Source: an uncultured Clostridia bacterium (GTDB lineage: Bacteria > Bacillota > Clostridia > Christensenellales > CAG-917). From it: 44,151 nt of DNA. The notes under the pieces are model-generated. The model worked only from the letters and a program-made list of their open reading frames with translations. It was not told the origin of the DNA and made no database searches. The position numbers and the translations under genes were made by a program. The stretch is from assembly GCA_947629635.1 (NCBI GenBank), contig CANREO010000002.1, positions 1 through 44,151 on the forward strand. The letters are read 5' to 3'. Shown piece by piece: positions 1-9,289 of this stretch (its first letter is position 1; each line of letters opens with the position of its first letter).

Positions 1-45
1 CTGATAAGGTGGGGGTCGGTGGTTCGAGTCCACTCACAACTACCA
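1..45 (+). tRNA. tRNA-Ile (anticodon GAT), 3' part only; the 5' half lies upstream of the window
   Basis: The window opens in the anticodon loop CTGATAA (T33, GAT, A37). It continues with anticodon-stem 3' strand GGTGG, variable loop GGGTC, T-arm GGTGG-TTCGAGT-CCACT, acceptor 3' strand CACAACT, discriminator A and an encoded CCA. This closely matches the conserved bacterial tRNA-Ile(GAU) 3' half. Confidence 0.85.
25..45 (+). repeat. 21-nt direct repeat, copy 1 (inside the tRNA-Ile 3' end)
   Basis: CGAGTCCACTCACAACTACCA is identical to 199-219. Confidence 0.95.
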
Positions 46-70
46 AAACCTCGCGGAAGCGAGGTTTTTT
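46..70 (+). terminator. Rho-independent terminator after tRNA-Ile
   Basis: Stem CCTCGC / GCGAGG with loop GGAA (49-64), followed by TTTTTT (65-70). Confidence 0.8.
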
Positions 71-198
71 GTTGTGGCGGTCTTGGCAAGTGCGGACACT
101 TGCCCCACCTATGGCGTGCGAACCACCTCTCGGTGCTGACGCTCCACTCCCGTGAGTAAACTCACCCCGTTCCGCTATTACGCGCGCATAGCGCGCTA

Positions 199-219
199 CG
201 AGTCCACTCACAACTACCA
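199..219 (+). repeat. 21-nt direct repeat, copy 2 (orphan duplicate of the tRNA-Ile 3' end)
   Basis: Exact copy of 25-45. The upstream sequence cannot form a T-stem, so this is not a second tRNA. Confidence 0.95.
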
Positions 220-264
220 CATATGAAAAAAGCGTCATAAAAATGACGCTTTTTTCATATGTGG
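217..264. terminator. Perfect 22-bp stem / 4-nt loop hairpin, likely a bidirectional terminator
   Basis: CCACATATGAAAAAAGCGTCAT-AAAA-ATGACGCTTTTTTCATATGTGG. The inner GC core is flanked by A6/T6 runs. It lies between the tRNA region and the 3' end of dapB. Confidence 0.75.
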
Positions 265-356
265 GGTCACCCTGCCGCATATTTTTTTTCGCTTCAATAA
301 GTCATTCTGAACAAACGTGCGCAAAGCGAGACATCATATTATGAACGATTGTCTGT

Positions 357-1103
357 TCAATCATATTTTTTTGCGGCTATCAGATCTTCCATGCCGTAAA
401 TCCTCGGCTCCTTTACGCCTACAAGAAAGCGCATGGCGTTTATGGCGCCGCGTGTGTAAAGTGTGCGCCCAGCCGCCTCGTGCACAAGCGTAATAGTCTG
501 ATATCCCGTATCGAAACGGACTTCGTGTCTGCCCACTACGCCGCCCAGTCGCAGCGAGCTTATACCCACTTCGTCCTTTTGGCGCATGCTTTGCCTGCCG
601 CACACAATGCTTCCCTTGCCCCTGGCGTCGATTATGGCCTTGGCTATTGTCAGGGCAGTGCCGCTTGGGACGTCCGCTTTGCCGCTGTGATGCGTCTCTA
701 CGATTTCAACATCGGCATAAGGAAATGCCTTTGCTACATTCTTCGCAATATCCGCAAAAAGATGTACTCCGTACGAAAGATTGCTACTCAAAAAAACGGG
801 GATGCGTTTTGCGGCGGCAGCTATGATCTTCATATTTTCTTCGCCGTGTCCCGTAGTCGCGATCACGACGGGCACGCGCCTTTTCACCGCCCATTTCAAC
901 AGTTCTTCCGTAGCGTCCGGACGGGAAAAATCTATGATGACGTCCGCTTCGACATCGACGTCGGAGATGCTTGTATACTCCGTACGAGACGTGGCGTCCG
1001 CTCGCGGATCCACCGCCGCCGCCAAAACTTCGCCGGCGCGTTCAAGCTCCGCTATCATTTGCCTGCCCATTCGCCCTAAGGCGCCCACCAATACCACTCT
1101 CAT
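357..1103 (-). CDS. dapB: 4-hydroxy-tetrahydrodipicolinate reductase
   Basis: 248 aa. N-terminal dinucleotide-binding motif VGALGRMG and DapB signature E-THHSGKADVPSGTA. Confidence 0.9.
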   Translation of the reverse strand: MRVVLVGALGRMGRQMIAELERAGEVLAAAVDPRADATSRTEYTSISDVDVEADVIIDFSRPDATEELLKWAVKRRVPVVIATTGHGEENMKIIAAAAKRIPVFLSSNLSYGVHLFADIAKNVAKAFPYADVEIVETHHSGKADVPSGTALTIAKAIIDARGKGSIVCGRQSMRQKDEVGISSLRLGGVVGRHEVRFDTGYQTITLVHEAAGRTLYTRGAINAMRFLVGVKEPRIYGMEDLIAAKKYD

Positions 1104-1177
1104 ATCAAATTTTACGCAACTGCCTTGGAATCTAGACTACAGCGATCTTCCGATCCATTTGTATTCGATGCAATAAT

Positions 1178-1199
1178 AAAAAGCGGCGACTTACGCCGC
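1178..1199 (-). terminator. Terminator of the metallophosphoesterase gene
   Basis: Stem GCGGCG/CGCCGC with a 5-nt loop. There is a T-run on the minus strand (plus-strand AAAAA at 1178-1182). Confidence 0.6.
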
Positions 1200-1214
1200 C
1201 GCTCTTTTTCCGAT

Positions 1215-2639
1215 TTATGCCGCCAATTCGTTTTTACCTTTTTCTATCTTCGCGCCGTAATCCTTATAATAGTTGCGATGCTCTATTTCAAACGAGCCGT
1301 CCTCATCGAGATTTATGAGCGTACAACCGCGTTGTAAGTGCTCTTTGTATATCCCCGGATAGGCAAGATAGTCTATGCTCATGCCATATGTCAGTCTGAT
1401 GCCCTTGTACTCCACGGAGAAGTTGTTGTAATGATCATGTCCGCAGAAGATGCCGGTGGCGTTGTGCTGCGACGCCGTCTCAAACAGTTTGTCGGGATGC
1501 GTGCTACACGCCACGCCATATGTCTTTTCATCATGACGGACTTTGTCCTCGTTCTCTCGCATCGCGCCGGCGAAATATATGACGTTGTCAGTATTTTGGT
1601 TGCCGTTTTCGCGATACTCTTTCCATGCCTCTCTGTATTCCCTGATCGGAATGTGGAAGAAAATCATATTTTTGACGTTGCCGAGTCTGTTCATTTCCCT
1701 TTCGTACCAATTCACTTGAACATCATGGATATAATCGTAATTCCACAACAAACCGAAATAATCGCCGTCGAGATAGCTATGGCTATCTATCATGACGAGC
1801 GCTTGCGTCAGGTCACCCGCGGAATTTTTGACTTTGATTATGGTATTGCCAAAGCCCATGCTGTCGTCGCTGATGACATCTTTTTTATCGCTCTCGCCAC
1901 GCTGGAAAAGACAATACTTGAGTTTGCCGGCGGCTTGTTGCTTTTCATAGTATTCGCAAATGTCGGTACGAGTGTACTTTGCGTATGCTTCCGTGTCATG
2001 ATTGCCAAAGCAGAACGTCCAATACACGCCCAACTTCTCCATAAGCGTAGAGAATATTTCCACTCCGTGCAAGTTGTCGAAGGACCCCGACGCATACGGC
2101 ACGGGGAAAGTAATGTCGCCGGTCACTATGACAAGGTCGGGGAGTTCCTCTTTTATCATAGTCGCAACGGCGTTCATCGCCCACGCGTCTTTTTGCTTGG
2201 AAAAACTGCCGCCGCCGATATGTACGTCGGTGAGTTGCATTATTTTAAGTTCTCTGTCCGTAGTAAACGTCCAATAGCCGTCCTCGGGGTCAATCACGGG
2301 GACGAGCCTGTCGGCCGGATATTCCGCAGCCGTAAACTGCTCCGCCTGCTCTAGCAACCCCTTGGCCACTACAACGTTGGCGATCGCGACACTTGATATG
2401 AATATGGCAAACGCAAGCACAATGCTCCCCGTGATTATGAGGGCTTTGATTGCGCGCTGCTTCTTTTGCTCCTTGGTGAGTTTCTTTTTTTCGCGTTTCT
2501 TTTTCTTCTTTACGCCTTCGGATGTGACCTGCTGTTCTTGCGCCTCTTCTGCCTGCGGCTCCTCCGCCTGCGTCTCTTCTATGGGAGCCTGCTCCTCTTG
2601 CTGTATTTCAGCATCTTCGATATTGTAATCTTCGTCCAT
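1215..2639 (-). CDS. Membrane-anchored calcineurin-like metallophosphoesterase with an acidic/Lys-rich N-terminal tail
   Basis: 474 aa. Motifs DVHIGGG, GDITFP, GNHD and GHDH. One TM helix follows a KKKKKREKKK tract. SD GAGGGGA lies upstream. Confidence 0.8.
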   Translation of the reverse strand: MDEDYNIEDAEIQQEEQAPIEETQAEEPQAEEAQEQQVTSEGVKKKKKREKKKLTKEQKKQRAIKALIITGSIVLAFAIFISSVAIANVVVAKGLLEQAEQFTAAEYPADRLVPVIDPEDGYWTFTTDRELKIMQLTDVHIGGGSFSKQKDAWAMNAVATMIKEELPDLVIVTGDITFPVPYASGSFDNLHGVEIFSTLMEKLGVYWTFCFGNHDTEAYAKYTRTDICEYYEKQQAAGKLKYCLFQRGESDKKDVISDDSMGFGNTIIKVKNSAGDLTQALVMIDSHSYLDGDYFGLLWNYDYIHDVQVNWYEREMNRLGNVKNMIFFHIPIREYREAWKEYRENGNQNTDNVIYFAGAMRENEDKVRHDEKTYGVACSTHPDKLFETASQHNATGIFCGHDHYNNFSVEYKGIRLTYGMSIDYLAYPGIYKEHLQRGCTLINLDEDGSFEIEHRNYYKDYGAKIEKGKNELAA

Positions 2640-2719
2640 AAAAATCCCCTCGCGATTTTTAATATACTATATTCATTATATACTGACAAAATATATAATT
2701 CAAGACGTAAATTATTTTG

Positions 2720-3595
2720 TCAATCCGCGCCGTTTTCTATTTGCCACTGAACGTCAAGCTCCGCGCCCGTCATATTTCCGAGTTCTATTTTTGCTTCATC
2801 CGCAAGGCTTTTCGCGTCATCTTCGGAAGTGCCTTCGGCAAGTTTCAATTTTACGGATCCCACCTTGGCATAATAACCATAATCATGCAGGACGATCGCC
2901 ATTATCGCCGTCACCGAAGGTTTGTCTTCGAAATATTTGCAGATCGCCTCTTTTTCATCCGCGCAGCCGTCGCCCAATACAATTGTTTTCACGCTGTCGA
3001 CAACTATCTTTATGCCGAATATAATTACCACGACGCTTATCACTATGCCGAAAATGGCGTCCGCCGAATAATACACGTTGCCAGAAACGGAGTATGAGAT
3101 CAGCGATACGGCTGTGATGCCCGTATCCAAAAAACTGTCCAATGTAATTGCCGCTATCGCCTTTGATTTGAGTTTTTTGTTGATAAACAAATAAAAAAGC
3201 CCCAACCCCAACTTCAACGCCACAGCCACGGCAATGATCGCCGCGCTTGACGCGCCAAACCATATGGGTTCGGGCATAGCCAATCTGTTGAGCGAACGGA
3301 CGAAAAACAGCACTCCAACCACGCATGATACAGTGGCGACGACAAAACTTGCAAGATATTCGCATCTGCCGTAGCCGTAGGGCGCCTTCTCTCCGCGCGG
3401 AGCGAGCAGAGCCGCAAAAGCAATGACCGTTATCAACGCCGTGACAATGTCCAATGTGCTGTTTGTGGCGTCGAGCATGACCGTGATGCTGTTTGTCTTG
3501 AGCCCTATATACAGTTTTACGGCTGCCAAAACAATATTGACCGCAACCCCGACCAAAAGCGCCGCCAAGGATTTTTTTATTCGAGCTTTAATCAT
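2720..3595 (-). CDS. Cation diffusion facilitator (CDF) family metal efflux transporter
   Basis: 291 aa. The N-terminal 6-TM region has CDF-like TM1/TM2 (NIVLAAVKLYIGLKTNSITVMLDATNS), followed by a C-terminal cytoplasmic domain. Confidence 0.7.
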   Translation of the reverse strand: MIKARIKKSLAALLVGVAVNIVLAAVKLYIGLKTNSITVMLDATNSTLDIVTALITVIAFAALLAPRGEKAPYGYGRCEYLASFVVATVSCVVGVLFFVRSLNRLAMPEPIWFGASSAAIIAVAVALKLGLGLFYLFINKKLKSKAIAAITLDSFLDTGITAVSLISYSVSGNVYYSADAIFGIVISVVVIIFGIKIVVDSVKTIVLGDGCADEKEAICKYFEDKPSVTAIMAIVLHDYGYYAKVGSVKLKLAEGTSEDDAKSLADEAKIELGNMTGAELDVQWQIENGAD

Positions 3596-3887
3596 CTGCT
3601 CTCTCGTCTTCGGAGCTTTGCACTATTACGTAGCCTTTGTTCTTTTTGCTCTTCTTTTTCTTGGGACGTTGCGTATCGGCATTGTCCTCTTGAGCCATCG
3701 GCGCTACGGGTTTCGGACGTTCGACATACCTATATTCTGAATATCTATATTTCATCAAAAGCCTGTTGCACCATTTTATGCAATAATACAACAATACAGA
3801 AAATACTATTATTGCCACTGCCGCGAGGGCGCTCAGCACGCCGGCAAGGGCTTTTGCTCCGAATTCGCAAAGTATGCCGCCGCTCAT
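3588..3887 (-). CDS. Small membrane protein with a Lys-rich tail, unknown function
   Basis: 99 aa with one or two TM helices. It overlaps the CDF start by 8 nt and sits 2 nt after the upstream gene, so operon position supports coding. Confidence 0.5.
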   Translation of the reverse strand: MSGGILCEFGAKALAGVLSALAAVAIIVFSVLLYYCIKWCNRLLMKYRYSEYRYVERPKPVAPMAQEDNADTQRPKKKKSKKNKGYVIVQSSEDERADD

Positions 3888-3889
3888 CT

Positions 3890-5569
3890 TTATTTCCTCC
3901 CGGCAATGAGTAATGCCGTCAATATCGCTATGCCGACTATAGCAAGCGAAAGTATCACAAGCAACATGATGTTGTAGCCCGTCAAAATATTTACGCCGTA
4001 GAAATACAACGTGTCGTTATATACTCCTTCTTTTGACAAATATATCAGATTGACGCTATTGCCATCCGCAAAGTTAAGTTCATCTTCCACATAATGCGCG
4101 ACCGCCTTCGTCCCTTTGGGCGCATGTTTCCAACTTACGCCGAATTCTGTCGGATGGGTTTCGCGGCCGTTTTCGTAAAATACAAATTTATACGCGGAAA
4201 TGGGCACAGCCGTGCCGTCGATAATCTTGGCAGAAGGTCTTTTTTCTCTGAATTTTGCCGACTTGACCTCGATAGTAAGTTTGTCGGAAACTATAAACAC
4301 TTCAAATTCCATCCCGTCATCGGCAACCACGATAAACGATGTCGCGAATACTATATATCTGCCGCCTTCAACAAAATAATTGCTGCGATTGCGGCTTGTG
4401 ACGACATAATTTTCGTTTTCTATTTTTGCCTTTATCGTGTAATAACCGGGCGTATCGGGATCGCCGTTTTCGACATACAAAGACAAGTGCAACATGTCAA
4501 ACGTATCGTTCGCAACAAGTTGATTTTCCAAAGCAACCTTGTCAAAAGTCAACTCATCGCCGCTTTTCAACGGTTCATGACATAGCGAAGACGCATCGTC
4601 TATTATGGCTATGATTTCTTTGGGCGTAATGCGCACTTTCACTGTAGCGTTTGCTTCTTTGTAGTTGGTATTTTTCGGCGTATACAACATATCCAGAGTA
4701 TACTCTCTTTCGGCAACCGGCAAAAATACCTCGCCCGGATTTGTCACTTCCGCAAAAATACTGTCTGTATTTTGTTCCTCCAAAAGAGTCCACTCGCCCG
4801 AATCGTCAAGAGATCCGGGCACCCGTATGTCCTTCACCCTTGTGCCGTATTCCGCTTCTATAGTATCGATGGTCGGCACTATCGGGTCGGCCTTTTCAAT
4901 TGTGCAATGTACGCTGTTGCTGCGTCTCACTACGTCATATTGTCGCCTATAATCCGCAGCAGGATCCCCTTCGCTCGCCAAATTGCCGCTCGCTCCGTCG
5001 GGAGCCACGCCGAAACTAAAACTCTCCGTGACCGTGAAACTTACGTCATATTCGCCTGCATCCGTATTTTTCCCGAACAGCAACCCGTCGGAAGCTTCTT
5101 CGGACTCGGCAATTATCTCCACGTCGCCCAATGACGAATACACAAGTCGCTTTGTCATCGTGCTTTGGGAAATTACGGGCAAATAATTTGCTTTTATGAG
5201 GATCTGTCCCCGGATTTCCGAATATTCCATAGTAGCCGCGCCCTCTATAAACGCGGATATCTCGGGAAATTCAAATGTCAAAACATAATCGTCGATCTGT
5301 CTGCCCTCTTCAAGCAAAACTTCTTTGATTTTGTCGGATACAGGCGCGCTGACGCCGACGCCCGCCGTCACAAAAAACTCCCCCGTATATTCTCCTATTT
5401 GAGCGTCGTCCCTATATAACGTCCAATTTTTGTCATTGTCTGCCGACAGCTTAAAGGACAACGGCAATTCCTCCGCAAAGGCGACGTTGACGCTTACGCA
5501 TATTGCCATAGTCGCAAACGCAAGCAACACAAGCAAAATAGGATAGATCGCAAACTTAATCCCTTTCAT
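3890..5569 (-). CDS. Secreted, C-terminally TM-anchored surface protein with MBG-like repeats
   Basis: The start is reassigned to ATG 5569 (MKGIKF...), which has SD GGAGAG and a signal peptide ending AFA-EE. There is a C-terminal TM helix. Repeats such as PGYYTIKAKIENENYVVTS resemble MBG domains. Confidence 0.6.
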   Translation of the reverse strand: MKGIKFAIYPILLVLLAFATMAICVSVNVAFAEELPLSFKLSADNDKNWTLYRDDAQIGEYTGEFFVTAGVGVSAPVSDKIKEVLLEEGRQIDDYVLTFEFPEISAFIEGAATMEYSEIRGQILIKANYLPVISQSTMTKRLVYSSLGDVEIIAESEEASDGLLFGKNTDAGEYDVSFTVTESFSFGVAPDGASGNLASEGDPAADYRRQYDVVRRSNSVHCTIEKADPIVPTIDTIEAEYGTRVKDIRVPGSLDDSGEWTLLEEQNTDSIFAEVTNPGEVFLPVAEREYTLDMLYTPKNTNYKEANATVKVRITPKEIIAIIDDASSLCHEPLKSGDELTFDKVALENQLVANDTFDMLHLSLYVENGDPDTPGYYTIKAKIENENYVVTSRNRSNYFVEGGRYIVFATSFIVVADDGMEFEVFIVSDKLTIEVKSAKFREKRPSAKIIDGTAVPISAYKFVFYENGRETHPTEFGVSWKHAPKGTKAVAHYVEDELNFADGNSVNLIYLSKEGVYNDTLYFYGVNILTGYNIMLLVILSLAIVGIAILTALLIAGRK

Positions 5570-5597
5570 ACACTCTCCGTAAGACCGGTATAAAAAG

Positions 5598-5626
5598 ATT
5601 GTATCACGCTTTGAAGTTTTTATCAA
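5598..5626 (-). promoter_or_regulatory. Sigma-70-type promoter of the surface-protein/CDF operon
   Basis: On the minus strand: TTGATA, 17 nt, TGa-TACAAT (extended -10), about 22 nt upstream of the SD and ATG. Confidence 0.5.
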
Positions 5627-5968
5627 TATTATAAAGATAAATTACCTTACTACATCGATCAATATATATTGTTGCATCGTTTTATTTCATTGCCTGCCGG
5701 AGCGCATCGCAAGCGAAAACTCCGCCATTCTAATTCGCCGATGGTCTCGGCTTTGCAAAATCCGATAAATCTTTATTGAAACCTCCGATATTATTATACT
5801 TCGGCTCCCGAAAACGAGCAGGGCCTTATATATTGTACGTCCTCACCCGGAGATCTTCCGTAAACAGGATGAAAATTATCGAAACCGATTCTCAATTTAT
5901 GCATCGTTGCAATTTAATATTGTTTTAAGAGTGGAATGATATTATACTTATAACTTAAGGAGGTACAG

Positions 5969-6646
5969 ATGAGAGTTTTACTTATTGAAGACGAAAAAGA
6001 ACTTTCACGCGCGCTCGCAAAGATGCTTACAAAAGAAGGATATGACATAGATTGCGTATACGATGGAGCCGACGGACTCAGTTTTGCCTCTACGGGGATG
6101 TATGACCTTATTTTGCTTGACGTCATGATGCCGAAGATGAACGGGTTTGAGGTGCTGAGCGAGATCCGTCGCAAAAAACAGGACACCCCCGTCATTATGT
6201 TGACGGCGCTCTCCGACGAAAACGACAAAATTGCCGGGCTTGACCGAGGAGCGGACGATTATGTCTCCAAACCCTTCTCCTTCAACGAGTTGTCGGCAAG
6301 AATGCGCGCGGTGCTCAGACGCAAGGGCAAACTGGTCAGCGACAATAAGCTGGAGCACGCCGAGGCGTCGCTGGACCTCACCACTTACAAACTTAAGACA
6401 CCATACGGCGAAATAGGTCTGACCGGTAAAGAATTCGAGCTTTTGAGATATATGTTCGAGTATCCGAACTTTGTTGCGGCAAAAGAAGATCTTATCATCA
6501 AAGCATGGGGGCTGAACAGCGAGTTCGAGTCCAACAATCTCGAAGTGTATATGTCCTTTTTGCGCAAGAAGTTGAATCATCTCAACGCCTCGTTTACAAT
6601 CGAATCCGTAAGAGGCGTCGGATATAAATTGGTACAAAAAAATTGA
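5969..6646 (+). CDS. OmpR-family response regulator
   Basis: 225 aa. Receiver domain (LLDVMMPKMNG) plus a winged-helix C-terminus (RGVGYKL). SD AAGGAGG. Confidence 0.9.
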   Translation: MRVLLIEDEKELSRALAKMLTKEGYDIDCVYDGADGLSFASTGMYDLILLDVMMPKMNGFEVLSEIRRKKQDTPVIMLTALSDENDKIAGLDRGADDYVSKPFSFNELSARMRAVLRRKGKLVSDNKLEHAEASLDLTTYKLKTPYGEIGLTGKEFELLRYMFEYPNFVAAKEDLIIKAWGLNSEFESNNLEVYMSFLRKKLNHLNASFTIESVRGVGYKLVQKN

Positions 6647-6653
6647 CAAACAG

Positions 6654-6693
6654 GCGCTTTAACAGTACATTTATGCAAGTTAAAGCGCGTTTT
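6654..6693 (+). promoter_or_regulatory. Intercistronic stem-loop (possible attenuator) between the RR and HK genes
   Basis: GCGCTTTAAC (6654-6663) pairs perfectly with GTTAAAGCGC (6679-6688), with a 15-nt loop, followed by GTTTTAT and then the HK ATG at 6696. Confidence 0.45.
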
Positions 6694-6695
6694 AT

Positions 6696-7955
6696 ATGGA
6701 ACTGATAAAAAAACAGAGAGTCAAATTTACGCTGACCACCACAATGATCGCGGCGATCTTCCTTCTTGTGCTTTTGGGAAGTTTTTTCGGCTTGACTTGC
6801 GTCTCCAACGAAACGTTTATATCACGCTCTCTTCGCGACGCCGCGCAAAACCCCGAAAAATATGCCATAGGCATGCCGCAAAAACTTAAGATAATGTTTG
6901 TCTACATAAATGCCGTGGACGAAGTCACTCTCGAGGGGTCTTTCGACTTTTACGGAGATGACAAAAACGAAGTCATTGAAAAGGCGATCTCCGTACAAAA
7001 CGGCAATTTTAACGTAGGCGACGCATACTTCGCGGCGGCATGCTTCAAATCAGAGGAGCGGACGGTCATCGCCGTCATAGACAGGACCTCTTATCACGAC
7101 CAACTTGTCACCTCGGCAATACAGGTGGTCCTACTGTATTTCTGTTCCGTAATGCTTGTCGCCCTGCTCGCTTTTCTTTGTTCGGCAAGGTTGCTCCATC
7201 CCGTTTCGGAAGCAATGTCCAAACAACGCGATTTGATCGCAAACGCTTCGCATGAACTTAAAACTCCGCTGACGATAATATCTACCAACCTCAGCGTGAT
7301 AAAATCGGAACCTTCCGCACCAGTAAGCGACAACGAATATTGGATACAATCAATAGACGCGCAGATAGAGCGAATGCAGGCACTGATACAAAATATGTTG
7401 GAGTTGTCTAAAATCGAACAAACCCAACCGACAAAAGACATAGTCAATCTCAGTTCTATCGCGGAAGGCGCTTGCCTCACTTTCGAAGTGCTTTGTTTCG
7501 AAAAAAACGTGCAAATGTTTGCGGATATTGCGCCCGACGTCTTTGTAGAGGGCGACAGCGGCGCGCTTGAAAGGTTGTTTGTGATTTTGCTTGACAATGC
7601 TATAAAATATTGCGGCGAAAACGGCAAAGTGGGTTTCAAATTATATACGGAGCAAAAGCGCGCGTGCATAACGGTGCTCAACACGGGCGAAGTAGTCTCG
7701 AAGGAGGATGCAGAGCACATCTTTGACCGATTCTACCGCGCGGACGGAGCGCGCAAACGCCAGGACAATGCAAGTTTCGGGCTCGGCCTCGCCATAGCCG
7801 CGGCAACCGTCCATGCGCACGGCGGCGTGATATCCTGCAAAGGCGTAGAAGGCAAAGGCACCGTTTTCACCGTATCGCTTCCTCTGCCTAAAAATAAACG
7901 CAAAAAGCGCAAGGATAAATCCGCAGAAGACGAACCGAACAAATTGAAAAACTGA
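6696..7955 (+). CDS. Sensor histidine kinase (HisKA/HATPase_c), 2 TM
   Basis: 419 aa. H-box ASHELKTPLT, N-box LLDNAIKY, G-box GLGLAIA. Lys-rich C-terminal tail. Confidence 0.9.
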   Translation: MELIKKQRVKFTLTTTMIAAIFLLVLLGSFFGLTCVSNETFISRSLRDAAQNPEKYAIGMPQKLKIMFVYINAVDEVTLEGSFDFYGDDKNEVIEKAISVQNGNFNVGDAYFAAACFKSEERTVIAVIDRTSYHDQLVTSAIQVVLLYFCSVMLVALLAFLCSARLLHPVSEAMSKQRDLIANASHELKTPLTIISTNLSVIKSEPSAPVSDNEYWIQSIDAQIERMQALIQNMLELSKIEQTQPTKDIVNLSSIAEGACLTFEVLCFEKNVQMFADIAPDVFVEGDSGALERLFVILLDNAIKYCGENGKVGFKLYTEQKRACITVLNTGEVVSKEDAEHIFDRFYRADGARKRQDNASFGLGLAIAAATVHAHGGVISCKGVEGKGTVFTVSLPLPKNKRKKRKDKSAEDEPNKLKN

Positions 7956-7966
7956 ATATTCGAAAA

Positions 7967-7993
7967 CAAAAAATGTGCGCTTGCACATTTTTT
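7967..7993. terminator. Bidirectional rho-independent terminator
   Basis: AAAAAATGTGC-GCTT-GCACATTTTTT lies between the convergent HK and EIIC-like genes. Confidence 0.75.
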
Positions 7994-8030
7994 ATCTTTT
8001 CAATAATATCTTCTGTTTTACCGGCCTGTT

Positions 8031-9281
8031 TTAGTCGGGCAATTTGACATCATCGGGTTTTATCTTGCCCAATTTTCTCAACAACAAATCGACGGCAAAA
8101 CTTATCGCCGCCGGCAATACGAAGAGACACAGTATCACTCCAAGCGCGATCCGCCATGCGGCTATGCCCGAATCCAAGGACGCCGAGACTGCGCCGAATA
8201 CGCCGACAAGGCCGCTGGTGCCCATGCCTCCGCCCGTAGCGTCGCAACGAAGCCCTATGAGCACCGCCACAAGGCCGCTCACGGCGCTGGCGACGATTTC
8301 GGGCACCATGATGATGGGCTTTTTCATAATATTAGGGATCTGCAACATAGACGTGCCTATGCCCTGTGATATGAGTCCGCTGATACCGTTTTCGCGCACG
8401 GTGGCTACCGCAAATCCTATCATATGCGCCGCGCAACCAGCGACCGCCGCCCCTCCGGCAATATAAAACGCTTCGGGATTGGCAAGCGCAATGTCGGACG
8501 TCGCAATGGCTATCCATATCGCCGCCGAAGACGTAGGCATGGTAAGCAAAATTCCCATGACTATTGCCACGACTATGCCTGTGAGCGCTTTTACGGCGGT
8601 CCCGGCCTGCACAAGCAACACTATGGCGCGAGCAAACAGATCAATAAGTTTGATGAAAGGCCATGCTATAAATATTCCAACGAAGCACAATACTATCATG
8701 CCAAGAGGCACGAGAACGATGTCCAACTTAGTTTTTCCTGCATATAAACTCGCAATTTCTATGGTCAGGAGCGAAACCACATACGCGCCTATCGGGTTGC
8801 CCGGCGCGCCGAATGAAAGCGTAAAAGCGCCCTTCCCGACGATTGCCGTGACCATGTTCCCCGAAAATGCGCCTATTATTCCGGCGACCGCAGCCGAAAA
8901 CATGACGAGAGGCTTTGCGCCGAGTTTATGCGCTATTCCCACGCCTATTCCGGCTCCCATCAGCATTTTTGCGAAGTTTGCAAAGTACCCCAACGTCAAA
9001 GCAAACCCGTTTTGTCCGCACCAACTTGCGATTTGTCCTATGATCGTACCTGCGATGAGCGTACAGAACAGACCCTGCGCCATCCCCGTAAACGCGTCTA
9101 TGAAATAGCGCTTTGCAAAATGTTTCAACACGGCGACCGCCTTTTTAAAAGAAGATGACGACTCGCCGACATGCCGAGCGTCATCGGCGTCGTTGAGCGC
9201 GACCTCCGACAAACCTTTCTTGGGCTCTTCTCCGAATATCTCCACAGGCAAATTTTCGTTTTCGAAATTCTTTTCGTCCAT
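8031..9281 (-). CDS. Polytopic membrane protein resembling the PTS_EIIC_2 family
   Basis: The start is reassigned to ATG 9281 (MDEKNF...), with SD AGGAGA, 8 nt after the upstream stop. The segment YFIDAFTGMAQGLFCTLIAGTIIGQI is typical of that family (recalled from memory). Confidence 0.55.
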   Translation of the reverse strand: MDEKNFENENLPVEIFGEEPKKGLSEVALNDADDARHVGESSSSFKKAVAVLKHFAKRYFIDAFTGMAQGLFCTLIAGTIIGQIASWCGQNGFALTLGYFANFAKMLMGAGIGVGIAHKLGAKPLVMFSAAVAGIIGAFSGNMVTAIVGKGAFTLSFGAPGNPIGAYVVSLLTIEIASLYAGKTKLDIVLVPLGMIVLCFVGIFIAWPFIKLIDLFARAIVLLVQAGTAVKALTGIVVAIVMGILLTMPTSSAAIWIAIATSDIALANPEAFYIAGGAAVAGCAAHMIGFAVATVRENGISGLISQGIGTSMLQIPNIMKKPIIMVPEIVASAVSGLVAVLIGLRCDATGGGMGTSGLVGVFGAVSASLDSGIAAWRIALGVILCLFVLPAAISFAVDLLLRKLGKIKPDDVKLPD

Positions 9282-9289
9282 TTTATCTC

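Noticed and set aside
68-220. Possible second tRNA, tRNA-Sec or tmRNA. GTTGTG at 69-74 could pair with CACAAC at 210-215 like an acceptor stem.
   Set aside because: The span is about 150 nt. It has no U8, no D-arm consensus and no T-stem partner for the duplicated half T-loop. The 3' end lacks the G3:U70-type tmRNA acceptor. It is treated as an att-like duplication or unknown structured spacer instead.
1101-1130. Leaderless dapB (TAAAAT 5 nt before the ATG).
   Set aside because: The spacing is off by one, there is no credible -35 or extended -10, and the gene may be co-transcribed with the upstream gene despite the hairpin. The case is too weak to list with the other four.
5660-5900. About 240 nt of unexplained intergenic DNA between the divergent surface-protein operon and the RR gene. 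It has small hairpins and repeated TCCGATA and TGCATCGTT words, so it could be an sRNA, riboswitch or RR-binding site.
   Set aside because: I recognise no riboswitch consensus. Only 4-5-bp stems are present, the mini-ORFs lack an SD, and the word repeats are short enough to occur by chance. It is worth an Rfam scan, but there is not enough here to claim anything.
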